From Candidatus Aenigmatarchaeota archaeon (lineage in GTDB: Archaea > Aenigmatarchaeota > Aenigmatarchaeia > CG10238-14 > SpSt-28): 64,000 nt of DNA. Within the stretch, counting starts at the first letter, position 1. Each line of letters begins with the position of its first letter. Below are positions 45,788-55,568 of the stretch, piece after piece. The position numbers and the translations under genes are program-made. Under the pieces are notes generated by a model that worked only from the letters and a program-made list of their open reading frames with translations, searched no databases and was not told the origin of the DNA. The stretch spans positions 8,217-72,216 of the forward strand of contig JAWAZZ010000002.1 of the NCBI GenBank assembly GCA_038997305.1, given 5' to 3'.

Positions 45788-46207
45788 TTATTTCTCTGTG
45801 TTGTCAAAATCATAAAACTTTACCAAATTTCTTATAAAACCCTTCAATTCTTTATTTTCAACAACATTACTAATTGCTTCTATCAGATCCCATCTGCAAA
45901 TAGGATAATTTGACAATCTTTCTATACTTTTAAGTTCTCTATGGTTTGCTCCCTTTTTTCTAAGAAAAGTTAAAATCTTCTTTATAAATTGTTGATGGAG
46001 TTTTTTAGAAGGCGGCGTTAGGAATAATGCCTCTTTACAAATTACACAATCAACTTTTTCTGAAACAATACTTTTATCCTCTTCATAATACTCACTTTCT
46101 TCCTCTTCTTCATAGAAAATTTCAAAAAGTTGGGAGTTTAACTTAGAAATTTCTCTATTTATAAAATCTTTCAGCCGAGTTGAGGGAATTTTTCCCCCTC
46201 GGCTTTT
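45788..46207 (-). other. 139-codon open reading frame lacking any canonical start codon: possible pseudogene, non-canonical start or short 42-aa peptide
   Basis: Hand-checked triplet by triplet. Open from the stop at 46208-46210 to the stop at 45788-45790. The only in-frame ATG/GTG/TTG codons are TTGs in the last 43 codons. Product ...EEEEESEYYEEDKSIVSEKVDCVICKEALFLTPPSKKLHQQFIKKILTFLRKKGANHRELKSIERLSNYPICRWDLIEAISNVVENKELKGFIRNLVKFYDFDNTEK is protein-like. Confidence 0.25.
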
Positions 46208-46209
46208 TT
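46172..46209 (+). terminator. GC-rich hairpin followed by a T6 run (intrinsic-terminator-like structure)
   Basis: GCCGAG(tt)GaGGG-AATTTTT-CCCC-CTCGGC then TTTTTT, read directly. It is the only GC-rich stem in this AT-rich gap and lies inside the 5' part of the start-less frame on the opposite strand. Confidence 0.3.
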
Positions 46210-46338
46210 ATATTGTAGAGAAGTATATATCTTCATATTTAAACTTTCTATACATATAAAGTTGGTTGTAGTTTTCAATTCTTTCTCCATATTTAATATT
46301 AAATATTAGAGGTAAAAATATTTATTCTTTTCTATAAT

Positions 46339-47133
46339 TTGGTTTATATGAAAAAAGATTTGTTGCTGCACTTTTTGAAAATTAAAAACGAATTAAAAAA
46401 CAAGATAGAAGATTTAAAACAAAAAAACAAAATATTTTTAGAGAATTATTGGAATAATTTTCTTCCAAACAAGAAGGAATTTGATGTTGTTGCAATTGAT
46501 GGAAGTTACAATTATTTGAAATATAGATCACTAATCTTTTATGTTATTAACATCTCTTCAGTTACTTATCAGAAAAAGCAGATAACTAAGAGAAGTTTCC
46601 CTTATTTTGATGTAATAGAAAATTTCATTTTCTTCGAAGACTTTTTAAGAACAGAGATGCTTAAAAGAGAGTTGAAATTAGCTTCAGAAAATATGGAAAA
46701 CTTTAATATAATGTTAGATGGCTCATTAATTTCTTTTTTAAACTACGTACCAGAAGATATAAGAAAGATTTTTTTAGAGAAGGTTGAAATAACCGAAAAT
46801 CTTGTTTTCTCAATATCAAAAACACCAATAAAGAGTTTTTCAGAGACAAACAGCGAAGGTTTTTCGAAAATAATTTCAGAAGACAAAAAATATAACATTG
46901 TTTCTTTTTATTTTAAGTTAAGAAAGAATTCTCTTATTTTCAGAGTCGAAACTTTTAAGAAGTTTGAAGAAAGAATAGAAGACATAATTTCTCTAATAAG
47001 ATTCTTTGATTTTAGAGGATATCCTTACTTATTGAAAAGAGCTCACGAAGAAGCAAAAATTAGTAATAAAGACATGCGAAATTTTGTTAAACTTTTAGGA
47101 ATAAGAGAAAAAACTGGAAGAGAAATATTATGA
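46339..47133 (+). CDS. nurA: NurA 5'-3' nuclease
   Basis: NurA-type catalytic region EFDVVAIDGSYNY (conserved D-G-S). Operonic with and overlapping herA. Length 264 aa. Confidence 0.6.
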   Translation: MVYMKKDLLLHFLKIKNELKNKIEDLKQKNKIFLENYWNNFLPNKKEFDVVAIDGSYNYLKYRSLIFYVINISSVTYQKKQITKRSFPYFDVIENFIFFEDFLRTEMLKRELKLASENMENFNIMLDGSLISFLNYVPEDIRKIFLEKVEITENLVFSISKTPIKSFSETNSEGFSKIISEDKKYNIVSFYFKLRKNSLIFRVETFKKFEERIEDIISLIRFFDFRGYPYLLKRAHEEAKISNKDMRNFVKLLGIREKTGREIL

Positions 47134-48593
47134 GTGAGGAAATAATTGGAAGATGTATAGGAGAAGCAAAAATTAATGAGGTAACTTTCCTTTCTACTAA
47201 ATTACCAGAAGTTGGAAAATATGTTATTCTAGAATATGATAATAAGAAGGTTTTAGGAATGATAGAAAGTCTAACAAGATTTCACCCAGCACTCCTAGAA
47301 GATGTTTATAATGAAGAAGAGGTAGATTCTATCAAAGAGTTTGAAGAAGATATGCAAATAATAAAAGGAAAAATTAAAATATTAGGCGAAGTAGAAACAT
47401 TAAAACTTCCAAAAATTCCTCCGGCACCAGGAACAGTAGTGAAAGTTGCTGATAAAGAAACTTTGGAAAAAATCTTTGGAAAAAGTGAAAAATCGATAAG
47501 TATCGGAAAATTATTAAGTAATGAAGATGTTGAAGTTTTTGTTGATGTTAATAGAATGGTTTCAAGACATTTGGCAATTCTATCTATTACTGGTGCAGGA
47601 AAATCAAATACCGTAAGTGTTATTGCTGAAGGTATTTCTAAATTAGGTGGGACAGTTTTAATTTTTGATATGCATAGCGAATATGTTGATGCGGGATTTT
47701 CCAAGAAAAAAATATTAGACACTAAAATAAATCCTCTATTCTTACATCCTAAGGAAGCAGCTAGATTAATTAACATAGAAGAGAATGCATACATACAATA
47801 CATGTTTTTTAGAAAAGTTTTTGAAAAAGTTAGAGGCGAGATAATTAGGCAAAACATAAAAATAGATACCAACAATTTTTTTGAAGCTATGATAAAAGAG
47901 TTAGAAAGAGAAGCAAAAAAAGAAGCTAGTTCTTCAGAATCCATTTATAAAGTAATAATGAAAATAGAAGATTTTAAAGAAAAATTCGGAGAAATTTTAG
48001 ATTTAAGATATGATGAAATAACCAATATAATAGAAAAGGGCAAAGTAAACATTGCAGATTTAGGTAGCGTGGATGAAGAAGTTGCTGACGTTTTTGTAAG
48101 TCACACATTAAGAAAATTGCTTGAAGAAAGAAAAAGATATAAATCTATAGGCAAGGGTTTGAGTTTTCCTGTTTTCGTTGTTATAGAAGAAGCTCATATT
48201 TTAATCCCGAAAGATTTTGATACATTTTCAAAATATTGGGCCTCGAGAATTGCAAGAGAAGGCAGAAAATTTGGAATTGGTTTATGTTTAGTAAGTCAAA
48301 GACCAAAAGCATTAGATGCTAATGTATTAAGTCAGGCAAATAATATGATAATATTAAAGTTAATGGAACCAAACGATCAAAAATATGTACAAGCAGCAAG
48401 CGAAATGCTTACAGATGAATTATTGGTTCAATTATCTTCTCTTAATGTCGGGGAAGCGATAGTTTTTGGTCCTATGATAAGAATTCCAGCAATAGTAAAG
48501 ATTCACGAATTTAAGGGTAAAATTAGTGGAAAAGATGTAGATTTTATAGAAGAGAGTAGAAAAGAAGAAAATTTAAGAGAAGACTTAATATAA
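47130..48593 (+). CDS. herA: HerA DNA helicase/translocase (FtsK-HerA superfamily)
   Basis: N-terminal HAS barrel, Walker A HLAILSITGAGKSNTVSVIAEG, Walker B VFVVIEEAH and arginine finger region. Length 487 aa. Confidence 0.8.
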   Translation: MSEEIIGRCIGEAKINEVTFLSTKLPEVGKYVILEYDNKKVLGMIESLTRFHPALLEDVYNEEEVDSIKEFEEDMQIIKGKIKILGEVETLKLPKIPPAPGTVVKVADKETLEKIFGKSEKSISIGKLLSNEDVEVFVDVNRMVSRHLAILSITGAGKSNTVSVIAEGISKLGGTVLIFDMHSEYVDAGFSKKKILDTKINPLFLHPKEAARLINIEENAYIQYMFFRKVFEKVRGEIIRQNIKIDTNNFFEAMIKELEREAKKEASSSESIYKVIMKIEDFKEKFGEILDLRYDEITNIIEKGKVNIADLGSVDEEVADVFVSHTLRKLLEERKRYKSIGKGLSFPVFVVIEEAHILIPKDFDTFSKYWASRIAREGRKFGIGLCLVSQRPKALDANVLSQANNMIILKLMEPNDQKYVQAASEMLTDELLVQLSSLNVGEAIVFGPMIRIPAIVKIHEFKGKISGKDVDFIEESRKEENLREDLI

Positions 48594-48608
48594 AATTATT
48601 TATGAAAG

Positions 48609-48959
48609 ATGAGGGTAGTAGCAAAGCACGTATTTGGAAGTTTATACGATTGCGATGAAGAAGTTTTAAAAAACGAAGAAAAATTGGTTAATACAATTAA
48701 AAAATCAGCAGAGATTGCAAATTCTAAATTAATATCTGTATATTCTTATAAATTTGGTGGTTTTGGAGGAGTAAGTGCAATTGCAATAGTTGCTGAGTCT
48801 CATATTTCTATACACACATATCCAGAATATAGATATGCTCTAGTCGATGTTTTTACTTGTGGAGCTTATACAGAACCAGAGAAGGCATTCGATTATATTG
48901 CAAAAGAATTAAAGGCAAAAAACGTTATTAAAAAAATTGAAAATAGAAGTTTAGAATAA
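48609..48959 (+). CDS. speH: S-adenosylmethionine decarboxylase proenzyme (pyruvoyl-dependent, archaeal SpeH type)
   Basis: Self-cleavage site context VAESHISIHTYPE (ES cleavage). Small 116-aa class 1 AdoMetDC. Confidence 0.7.
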   Translation: MRVVAKHVFGSLYDCDEEVLKNEEKLVNTIKKSAEIANSKLISVYSYKFGGFGGVSAIAIVAESHISIHTYPEYRYALVDVFTCGAYTEPEKAFDYIAKELKAKNVIKKIENRSLE

Positions 48960-49304
48960 TTAATAATTTATTTGGAAGTATTTTTTTGTTTTTACTATTC
49001 TCCTTTTAATTTGTTTAGATAATTCTTTATCTTCTGTAGCTACAATATATTCATCTTTATATTTCAAAATAAGTTCATCTACTTTTCCTTTGATTTTAAT
49101 AACTTCGATTTTTCCATTTTTTATTAATAACTTTACTTCTTTCAAAACATTTTTACTAATATTTCCTATCTCAGCTAACGTTGCTTCAAAAATATAGATT
49201 TTGTAATTCCCTAAATTTTGATTTAGAAAATCTTCAAATAACTGAAACTTTTTTTCTTTGATTAGATATACTAAAAAATTTGTATCCAACAAGACTTTTT
49301 CCAT
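48960..49304 (-). CDS. PIN-domain protein (VapC/Fcf1-like ribonuclease fold)
   Basis: N-terminal VLLDTNFLVYL (first acidic residue) and C-terminal IVATEDKEL (last acidic residues). Confidence 0.5.
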   Translation of the reverse strand: MEKVLLDTNFLVYLIKEKKFQLFEDFLNQNLGNYKIYIFEATLAEIGNISKNVLKEVKLLIKNGKIEVIKIKGKVDELILKYKDEYIVATEDKELSKQIKRRIVKTKKYFQINY

Positions 49305-50227
49305 ATATTTTTATGGAAATATATCCAATATCTTTTGATTCGTTAGGAGTAAGAAGCATGGCAACTTTTGTAAAGACGAATATTAATATTTTTATAGATC
49401 CTTATGCTGCATTAGCCCCAAAAAGATATGGATTAATTCCACATGAAATAGAATTTAACATGCTAAAATTTTATTTGAATATAATTTATAAGCTTGGAAA
49501 AATTAGTGAATACGTTATTATTACTCATTATCATTACGACCATCATCCGAGACCAAATGATAGTATTTTTTTCGAAAACTTTAAAAGAGCTAAGTTTTTA
49601 ATCAAAGATTTTAGTAAAGAACATAGAAGTGCAAGAGTAAGAGGTAATATCTTTGTTAAAAATTTAGAAAAACATGAAATAGAATATGAATACGTAGATG
49701 GAGAAGAAATAAAAATAGGTAGCACAAAATTAATATTTTCTGAACCAGTATGGCACGGAGAAATTAATTCTAAAGTGGGCAGAGTAATCACTGTTTTAAT
49801 AAAATATAAAAAGAAAAAGTTGTTTTTTGGTAGCGATGCACAATTTTTAATAGACGAAAATGCGTTAAATTTTGTTTTAGATAATAAACCAATTTTTTTA
49901 ATAGTAGACGGATTTCCAACAATATTAGAAGGTTATAAAGTTAGCTCGGAAAGCTTTAAAATAGGATTAAAACACATGAAAACTATTATAGATGAAGTAG
50001 AATTCGAAAAAATGATTGTTGATCATCATTTAGTTAGAGATAAAAACTTCAAAGAGAAGTTTCCATATTATTCAGAAAAAATAATAACAGCTGCCGAATT
50101 TTATGGTTTACAAAATTTACAATTAGAAGCTTATAGAAAAGAACTTTATAATGGATATGAATTCGATTTGGAAATCTATAAAAATCAAATTTTAAAAGTA
50201 GCGGAAAAAATTATTAATGGTATATGA
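49280..50227 (+). CDS. Metallo-beta-lactamase-fold hydrolase
   Basis: HxHxDH motif in VIITHYHYDHH, plus downstream His/Asp residues. Length 315 aa. Confidence 0.6.
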   Translation: MYPTRLFPYIFMEIYPISFDSLGVRSMATFVKTNINIFIDPYAALAPKRYGLIPHEIEFNMLKFYLNIIYKLGKISEYVIITHYHYDHHPRPNDSIFFENFKRAKFLIKDFSKEHRSARVRGNIFVKNLEKHEIEYEYVDGEEIKIGSTKLIFSEPVWHGEINSKVGRVITVLIKYKKKKLFFGSDAQFLIDENALNFVLDNKPIFLIVDGFPTILEGYKVSSESFKIGLKHMKTIIDEVEFEKMIVDHHLVRDKNFKEKFPYYSEKIITAAEFYGLQNLQLEAYRKELYNGYEFDLEIYKNQILKVAEKIINGI

Positions 50228-50828
50228 AATTTTTCAAGAAAGAAAAAAAGCTGCTATTAAAAAATTGTTCGAAGCAATAGAAAGGAATGAGGTTGATCTT
50301 CCAATTAAAGATGTTCTAATAGAATTAAATAAGTTTGATCTAGTTTATTCTACCTCTAGCTGCGCTGGAAGAATTGCATTATTGGTAGATAAAGGTAGCA
50401 AGAAAGATTCCTATTTTATAGCTAAATGGCACGATGTTGTAAACTTTCAGGATGTTATAAAAGAATTAAAAAGAGATATGAATCATGAATTAATTTGGTT
50501 TAAGCAAGAACCATTTATAATTCATTTAGTTTTTCCTAAAATAAAATATGCAATAGATGTTGTAAGAATTGCTAGAGATGTTGGATTTAAACATAGCGGT
50601 ATAATAAGTGCTAAAAAAGAAAAGATTGTTGTTGAAATTACAGGATTAGATAGAATAGATTTTCCTATTATCATAAACTCTGAGCTAACAATTTCCTTAG
50701 AAAGTTTCTCAAAAATAGTTGATTTAGCTAATTCTAAACTAATTAGAAACAAAATGTTAAGAAATAGATTTTTTGAGAAACTATTCGAATATTTTAAATC
50801 TGCGGAATTCAAGAAATCAGAATATTAA
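50217..50828 (+). CDS. taw3: TYW3/Taw3-family tRNA wyosine-derivative methyltransferase (probable)
   Basis: Conserved (S/T)xSSCxGR motif YSTSSCAGRI. Length about 200 aa, typical of archaeal Taw3. Confidence 0.5.
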   Translation: MVYEIFQERKKAAIKKLFEAIERNEVDLPIKDVLIELNKFDLVYSTSSCAGRIALLVDKGSKKDSYFIAKWHDVVNFQDVIKELKRDMNHELIWFKQEPFIIHLVFPKIKYAIDVVRIARDVGFKHSGIISAKKEKIVVEITGLDRIDFPIIINSELTISLESFSKIVDLANSKLIRNKMLRNRFFEKLFEYFKSAEFKKSEY

Positions 50829-51916
50829 ACATCTATTTCTAATATTGCGGCAGTTAAACTTCTATAATCCACAAAATATTCTGATTTAATATTTGCGAAT
50901 TTTTTTGCAATTTTCCATTTGGCTGTTATTATTAAAAACTTTTTAACATTGGAATTTAGAACTCTGTTTATAAAATTTTTATATAAATTTTCTAAATTTT
51001 CGTATCTTTTTCTCACTCCATATGGCAAATCTGTAATAACAAAGTCATAATTTGAATAATCTATTTCTAGTGCATTTTTTACGGAAAATTCTATGTTTGC
51101 ATTTGCTTCTTTAGAATTTTCTTTAGCACAATTTATATAATTTTCATTTATGTCGCTTCCATATATCTTTAGTTTTTCGTTTTTTCCCTTGTACTTTAGA
51201 ATTTCTAGCCACTTATTTCTGTCTAAGAAATAGAATTTTTCAAATTCAAAACTTCTATTTAAATTTGGAACTTCATTGACTAAATGGTACGCTTCTATAG
51301 GTATAGTTCCTATGCCGCAAAAAGGATCTATTAGAGAATAATCTTTCTTATAATCGCTTATTAGTATCATAGAAGCTGCTACTGTAGGTTTTAAAGGGGA
51401 TATGTGAGAACATTTTCTATACCATCTTGTATGCAAAGACTTTCCTGTAGTGTCTAGCGCAACAAAAAACTTATCCTTCATAACATCTACCAAAATTGAA
51501 ATGTGAGGATTATCTAAATTTACCTTTAATCTTATCCCTTTACTTTCTAAATAGCTATCTATAACTGCTTGACCAGCAACTCTAGCAACATCTAAACTAG
51601 TAAAATTATGATTTCCACTTCTATTTGCAACTATAGCAAAGGTTTGCGTATGATAGATGTATTGTGAAAAGTCTATATTTTTTATTTTTTGGTATATTTC
51701 ATCTAAAGAAGAAAAAGAATCTTCTAACAACAAATAATATATTTTGTGTAAAGTTTTTGAAAAATAGTTTAGAATGAAGATATCATCTAATTTTCCTTCA
51801 AATTTTATCATACCTCCTCTAATTTTTTCTGTTTTTTGATTAATTAATTTTGAGATTTCTAGCGATGCAATTTCTTCCAAACCTTTATTACAAGTGGCTA
51901 TAAATTTACTCTTCAC
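50825..51916 (-). CDS. THUMP-domain tRNA guanine-N2 methyltransferase (Trm11/Trm14 family)
   Basis: N-terminal ferredoxin-like/THUMP region, then MTase motif I LIDPFCGIGTIPIE and motif IV ITDLPYG. Confidence 0.6.
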   Translation of the reverse strand: MKSKFIATCNKGLEEIASLEISKLINQKTEKIRGGMIKFEGKLDDIFILNYFSKTLHKIYYLLLEDSFSSLDEIYQKIKNIDFSQYIYHTQTFAIVANRSGNHNFTSLDVARVAGQAVIDSYLESKGIRLKVNLDNPHISILVDVMKDKFFVALDTTGKSLHTRWYRKCSHISPLKPTVAASMILISDYKKDYSLIDPFCGIGTIPIEAYHLVNEVPNLNRSFEFEKFYFLDRNKWLEILKYKGKNEKLKIYGSDINENYINCAKENSKEANANIEFSVKNALEIDYSNYDFVITDLPYGVRKRYENLENLYKNFINRVLNSNVKKFLIITAKWKIAKKFANIKSEYFVDYRSLTAAILEIDV

Positions 51917-52454
51917 TTATTATTTCTGCTTCAAATTCATAAATTTCTACATCATTTTCCAGCCAACAATCTTTATTTAGACCTGCTTTCAAGCAAAGAT
52001 TTTCTATAAAATCTTTTTTGTTTGGTAAAACTTTCCAAACTTGAGGCAAAAAAAGACCAACATTAAATCCCTTAACTATAACATATCCCTTATTTTTATC
52101 TAATAGGTTAAGAATCTCTTTGCGATTTTTTACTTTGTTATCTATTCTTTTTAGCTCGCTTAAAATACTCACTTCTATTTTAATTTTACCTAATTCGTCT
52201 TTTTTTAAAGGTTCAAATCTAGGATCTCTACAAGCTTCTTTCGCAGCCTTAATAATTGCAATTGCTAATGGATAAATAGGATAAGGGTATCCAATACAAC
52301 CTCTTAATTCGTTATCTTTGTAAATAGAAACAAAAACTCCCTTTAATTCTCTGAATTCTTTTGGCAAACTTTCTAGATCAATTTCATATTCTTTTCCGAA
52401 CTTAACAAAACTTTCTATAGATTTTCTCGCCAACTCTAATATCTTATCTTTCAT
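51906..52454 (-). CDS. AMMECR1-domain protein
   Basis: Signature LRGCIGYPYP and a conserved C-terminal region. Confidence 0.8.
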   Translation of the reverse strand: MKDKILELARKSIESFVKFGKEYEIDLESLPKEFRELKGVFVSIYKDNELRGCIGYPYPIYPLAIAIIKAAKEACRDPRFEPLKKDELGKIKIEVSILSELKRIDNKVKNRKEILNLLDKNKGYVIVKGFNVGLFLPQVWKVLPNKKDFIENLCLKAGLNKDCWLENDVEIYEFEAEIISEE

Positions 52455-53178
52455 AAATAAGCTTTAAGAAATACATAAAGACTATACCAACAATAAAGAT
52501 TATTATCATTAAGAACCTCTTTTTAATTTTTGATTCCTTATTTATATTTGGTAAAATGTCAACAGTAGATAAATACAAAAATCCGCCGCCGACTAAAGCT
52601 AAAAGTATATAGACGAATTCCTTAGTTAAAAAAACATACCCTATTACTCCTCCTAAAATTGCAGATAATTGCGACAAAAAAGTTAATAATATAGCTTTTT
52701 CTCTTTTGAAATTACTAGCTAATAAAAGAGAGAAATTACCAAGTTCTTGTGGGATTTCGTGTAAAATTATCGCTAATGTAGTAAAAATTCCTAGATAAAC
52801 ATTAATAGAGTAGGTTATTCCTATACTTATTCCATCCAAGAAATTGTGTATAACATCAGCTATTATAACTAAATATCCAAAAGAGTGTATAGTGCATTTA
52901 TATTCATGACAATGATGCCAATGAAAAACAAATTCTAAGAAAAGAAAAAACAAAAATCCAATTATTAATATTAGAAGTGCGTTTTCTTTTTCTAAATTCT
53001 CTAATGCTTCCGGTAAGATATGCAAAAATGAATTAGAAAGTAATACACCTGCTGAAAAAGGAACTATAAATTCGATAATTCTTCTAATTTTTCTTTCCTT
53101 CATCAAAAGCGAGAAAATTCCAACTAATCCAGTCAAACTTACAAATAAGGTTGATAGAAGAACATAAATCAAGTTCAT
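52444..53178 (-). CDS. ZIP-family divalent metal (Zn/Fe) transporter
   Basis: HNFLDGISIG and HEIPQELGNF metal-binding TM motifs. Eight predicted TM segments. Confidence 0.8.
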   Translation of the reverse strand: MNLIYVLLSTLFVSLTGLVGIFSLLMKERKIRRIIEFIVPFSAGVLLSNSFLHILPEALENLEKENALLILIIGFLFFLFLEFVFHWHHCHEYKCTIHSFGYLVIIADVIHNFLDGISIGITYSINVYLGIFTTLAIILHEIPQELGNFSLLLASNFKREKAILLTFLSQLSAILGGVIGYVFLTKEFVYILLALVGGGFLYLSTVDILPNINKESKIKKRFLMIIIFIVGIVFMYFLKLIYER

Positions 53179-53462
53179 AATAATATAAATTTAGCTATTC
53201 TATAATTTTCGAAATTTTCTGGTTCGAATATTTTCTTAACTTCACACTTTACATTTAAATCTTCAAATATATATTTTAAATCATATACATATTCGTTAAC
53301 TCCGCAAGTTTCGCAAAAAACGCCTTCAAATTTTATTATTACCTCTATTTTATTATCCAGTTCTTTTATTTTCAACAAATTTGCAGTAGCTTCGGGACTT
53401 CTAAATTTGTTGTACTTATCTAAAGCTTGCATTATCTTTTTGATATATACTTTTTTGTTCAT
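53175..53462 (-). CDS. Hypothetical 95-aa protein with a CETCG motif
   Basis: No recognisable family. Apparently co-transcribed with the ZIP transporter (4-nt overlap). Confidence 0.3.
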   Translation of the reverse strand: MNKKVYIKKIMQALDKYNKFRSPEATANLLKIKELDNKIEVIIKFEGVFCETCGVNEYVYDLKYIFEDLNVKCEVKKIFEPENFENYRIAKFILL

Positions 53463-53502
53463 ACTTCTTTAAAAGATTTTAAATATTTTATACTATAAAT
53501 TT

Positions 53503-53892
53503 ATGGTAAAGTACCATGACGAAATAAAAGGAAGAACACCTACAGGAGCAAAATTTATTCCTCATTATAAGGTTAAAAAGAAATGTCATATAGGAGGATA
53601 TGATATAAACCCAGAATTATCTGAAACAGAAAAAAGGATTATCGAAAGAACAAAAGGCGGTGGAAAAAAAGTAAAATTAAAGTTCGTAACTTATGCGAAT
53701 GTTTTTGATGGAAAAAAATACAGAAAGGTAAGAATATTAGATGTTGTTGAGAATAAAGCACATCCTCTTTTCGAAAGAAAGAAGGTAATAACAAGAGGCG
53801 CAATAATTAAAACTGAAATAGGATTAGCAAAAGTGACCTCTAGACCTTCGCAGCATGGAGTAGTAAACGCAATCCTAATAGAATCTAAATAG
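53503..53892 (+). CDS. rps8e: 30S ribosomal protein S8e
   Basis: N-terminal KGRTPTGAKF, and C-terminal ITRGAIIKTEIGLAKVTSRPSQHGVVNAILIE matching eS8. Confidence 0.85.
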   Translation: MVKYHDEIKGRTPTGAKFIPHYKVKKKCHIGGYDINPELSETEKRIIERTKGGGKKVKLKFVTYANVFDGKKYRKVRILDVVENKAHPLFERKKVITRGAIIKTEIGLAKVTSRPSQHGVVNAILIESK

Positions 53893-54586
53893 TTTTTATT
53901 AGTTCGTCTTCACTCAAATATCTAGAAAAAAAGTTGTTAATATTTTCCAAGTCTTTTTGAAAATGGATATCAAAAATTTGAGAATCTTTTCTTACCCCAT
54001 GGCTAAAATCAATAAAATACGCTTTTTCATTTCCAACCATTATGTTATGCTCACTTAAATCTCCGTGAGAAATTCCGACTTTTTTTAATTTTTTTAGATC
54101 TTCTATTATCTGAGAATATAATTTTTTGGCTAAGTCGTAATTCAATTCAACATCCTTTAACAAAGGATATGGAATTCCGTTTTCTCCTAAGAATTCCATT
54201 ACTAAAATATTTTGATATGAAGTTATAGGCTTTGGGCAATTGATTTTTGCTTTTTCATAAGCTATTTTTAAATTTCTGTATTCCCTATTGCACCACGCAA
54301 AAACAACATTTCTTTTTTCTCTTTTAACTCTTTCATATCTGCTATCTAAACTCAAAAGATTTCTCATGTGCTTAAAATCTATGTGGTATATTCTATAAAT
54401 TTTAATAGCTATATCATTTTTTTCAAAATCTTTTCCTAAAAATATTACACTTTCTTTTCCTTCTTTTATTATACCAACAATACCAAAAATTATCATTTTA
54501 TTTCTTAGTTCTACTAATGCCTTTATGGTTAAATTATCTAAAACTTTCGAATAAACCTTTAACTCTTCTTTAAAATCTAAGCTCAT
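53885..54586 (-). CDS. rio1: RIO-type serine/threonine protein kinase (Rio1-like)
   Basis: Flexible-loop ATP site, catalytic loop HGDLSEHNIMV and metal-binding IDFSHGV. Confidence 0.8.
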   Translation of the reverse strand: MSLDFKEELKVYSKVLDNLTIKALVELRNKMIIFGIVGIIKEGKESVIFLGKDFEKNDIAIKIYRIYHIDFKHMRNLLSLDSRYERVKREKRNVVFAWCNREYRNLKIAYEKAKINCPKPITSYQNILVMEFLGENGIPYPLLKDVELNYDLAKKLYSQIIEDLKKLKKVGISHGDLSEHNIMVGNEKAYFIDFSHGVRKDSQIFDIHFQKDLENINNFFSRYLSEDELIKTI

Positions 54587-54875
54587 TTGGTAAGTTCTTT
54601 ATATACCCATTTTTTCTTAACCAATTTACTTCGCTTTGTGTATATACATGGATAATATCTCCTTTATCATCTGTAAATGGCCATTTTTTTAATATAACTA
54701 CATCACCAACCTTTATCCAAACCTTTCTTGCAATTTTTCCAGCTATTCTTCCCATTCTTTCTTTTCCGTCTTCGCAAATAACTTTTACTCTATCGCCAGC
54801 GTAAAACATCTCTACCATACCATAAACTTCTCCATTTTTTTCGTCTGCTAGTCTAATTTTTACTTCTTCGCTCAT
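54570..54875 (-). CDS. eif1a: Translation initiation factor 1A (aIF-1A)
   Basis: OB fold with GRIAGKIARKVWIKVGDVVIL...DIIHVY. Confidence 0.9.
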   Translation of the reverse strand: MSEEVKIRLADEKNGEVYGMVEMFYAGDRVKVICEDGKERMGRIAGKIARKVWIKVGDVVILKKWPFTDDKGDIIHVYTQSEVNWLRKNGYIKNLPNELRF

Positions 54876-55534
54876 ATTTTTCTTATTAGTATAGTATCTA
54901 AATATAATCTTTTTCCCTCTTTTACACCAACTAAAGTTCTTGTTACTTTATATTCTATTTGGAATTTTCTTGAAATGAGCTTTAATATCTCATATGCAAC
55001 TTTTTTTGAACCAATATATAAATCTATGCCATCCTTTTTTCTCTCTATTTTGGAAATAAAGCTTAAAAAATCTGTTTGGTTTCTATTATTCACATAGTTT
55101 TCTATTTCTTGCAAAAGCTCATCGCTCACGTCAAATCTCAATTGTAAAATTGCTTGTTTATATCCGCTATTTTTCATTGCACAGAACTTACATGTAAAAG
55201 GTTTTTCCTTTATTTTTATGTTCTTTTCTAAAATAAGCAGATTATCTTTATAAAACTTCAAAAACAATTCTGGATAATTCAGTTCATAATTTATATCCGC
55301 ATTTACCTTCAAATGTTCAGAATGTTTTACATAATGATCTATTGCTTCTTCTATTGTATTAAATAGAAATTTTTTCGAAAAAGAATATTTTCCGCAATAC
55401 TTACAAACGTATATTGTCTGAACTTCTGGAATTTTTAAACTTTTTTCAAACTCCTTTCTAAAACAGTCTATACAAAACTTCTCTATGAACAAATCTGTTT
55501 CTCTCCCACACTTTGGACAAATTTTTCTCAACAT
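54872..55534 (-). CDS. NMD3-family protein (short archaeal homolog) with N-terminal double zinc ribbon
   Basis: Cys pairs CPKCG...CIDC and CKYCG, plus FTCKFCA, in the NMD3 N-terminal arrangement. Confidence 0.45.
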   Translation of the reverse strand: MLRKICPKCGRETDLFIEKFCIDCFRKEFEKSLKIPEVQTIYVCKYCGKYSFSKKFLFNTIEEAIDHYVKHSEHLKVNADINYELNYPELFLKFYKDNLLILEKNIKIKEKPFTCKFCAMKNSGYKQAILQLRFDVSDELLQEIENYVNNRNQTDFLSFISKIERKKDGIDLYIGSKKVAYEILKLISRKFQIEYKVTRTLVGVKEGKRLYLDTILIRKI

Positions 55535-55568
55535 TAAAAATAAATACTTTAACTTTACAAAAAGATTA

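Noticed and set aside
55485-55568. Upstream alternative start of the rhomboid gene
   Set aside because: Would create a 50-nt head-to-head overlap with the NMD3-like gene. The ATG at 55569 begins the first TM helix (MKYTFYLL), which is a more plausible start.
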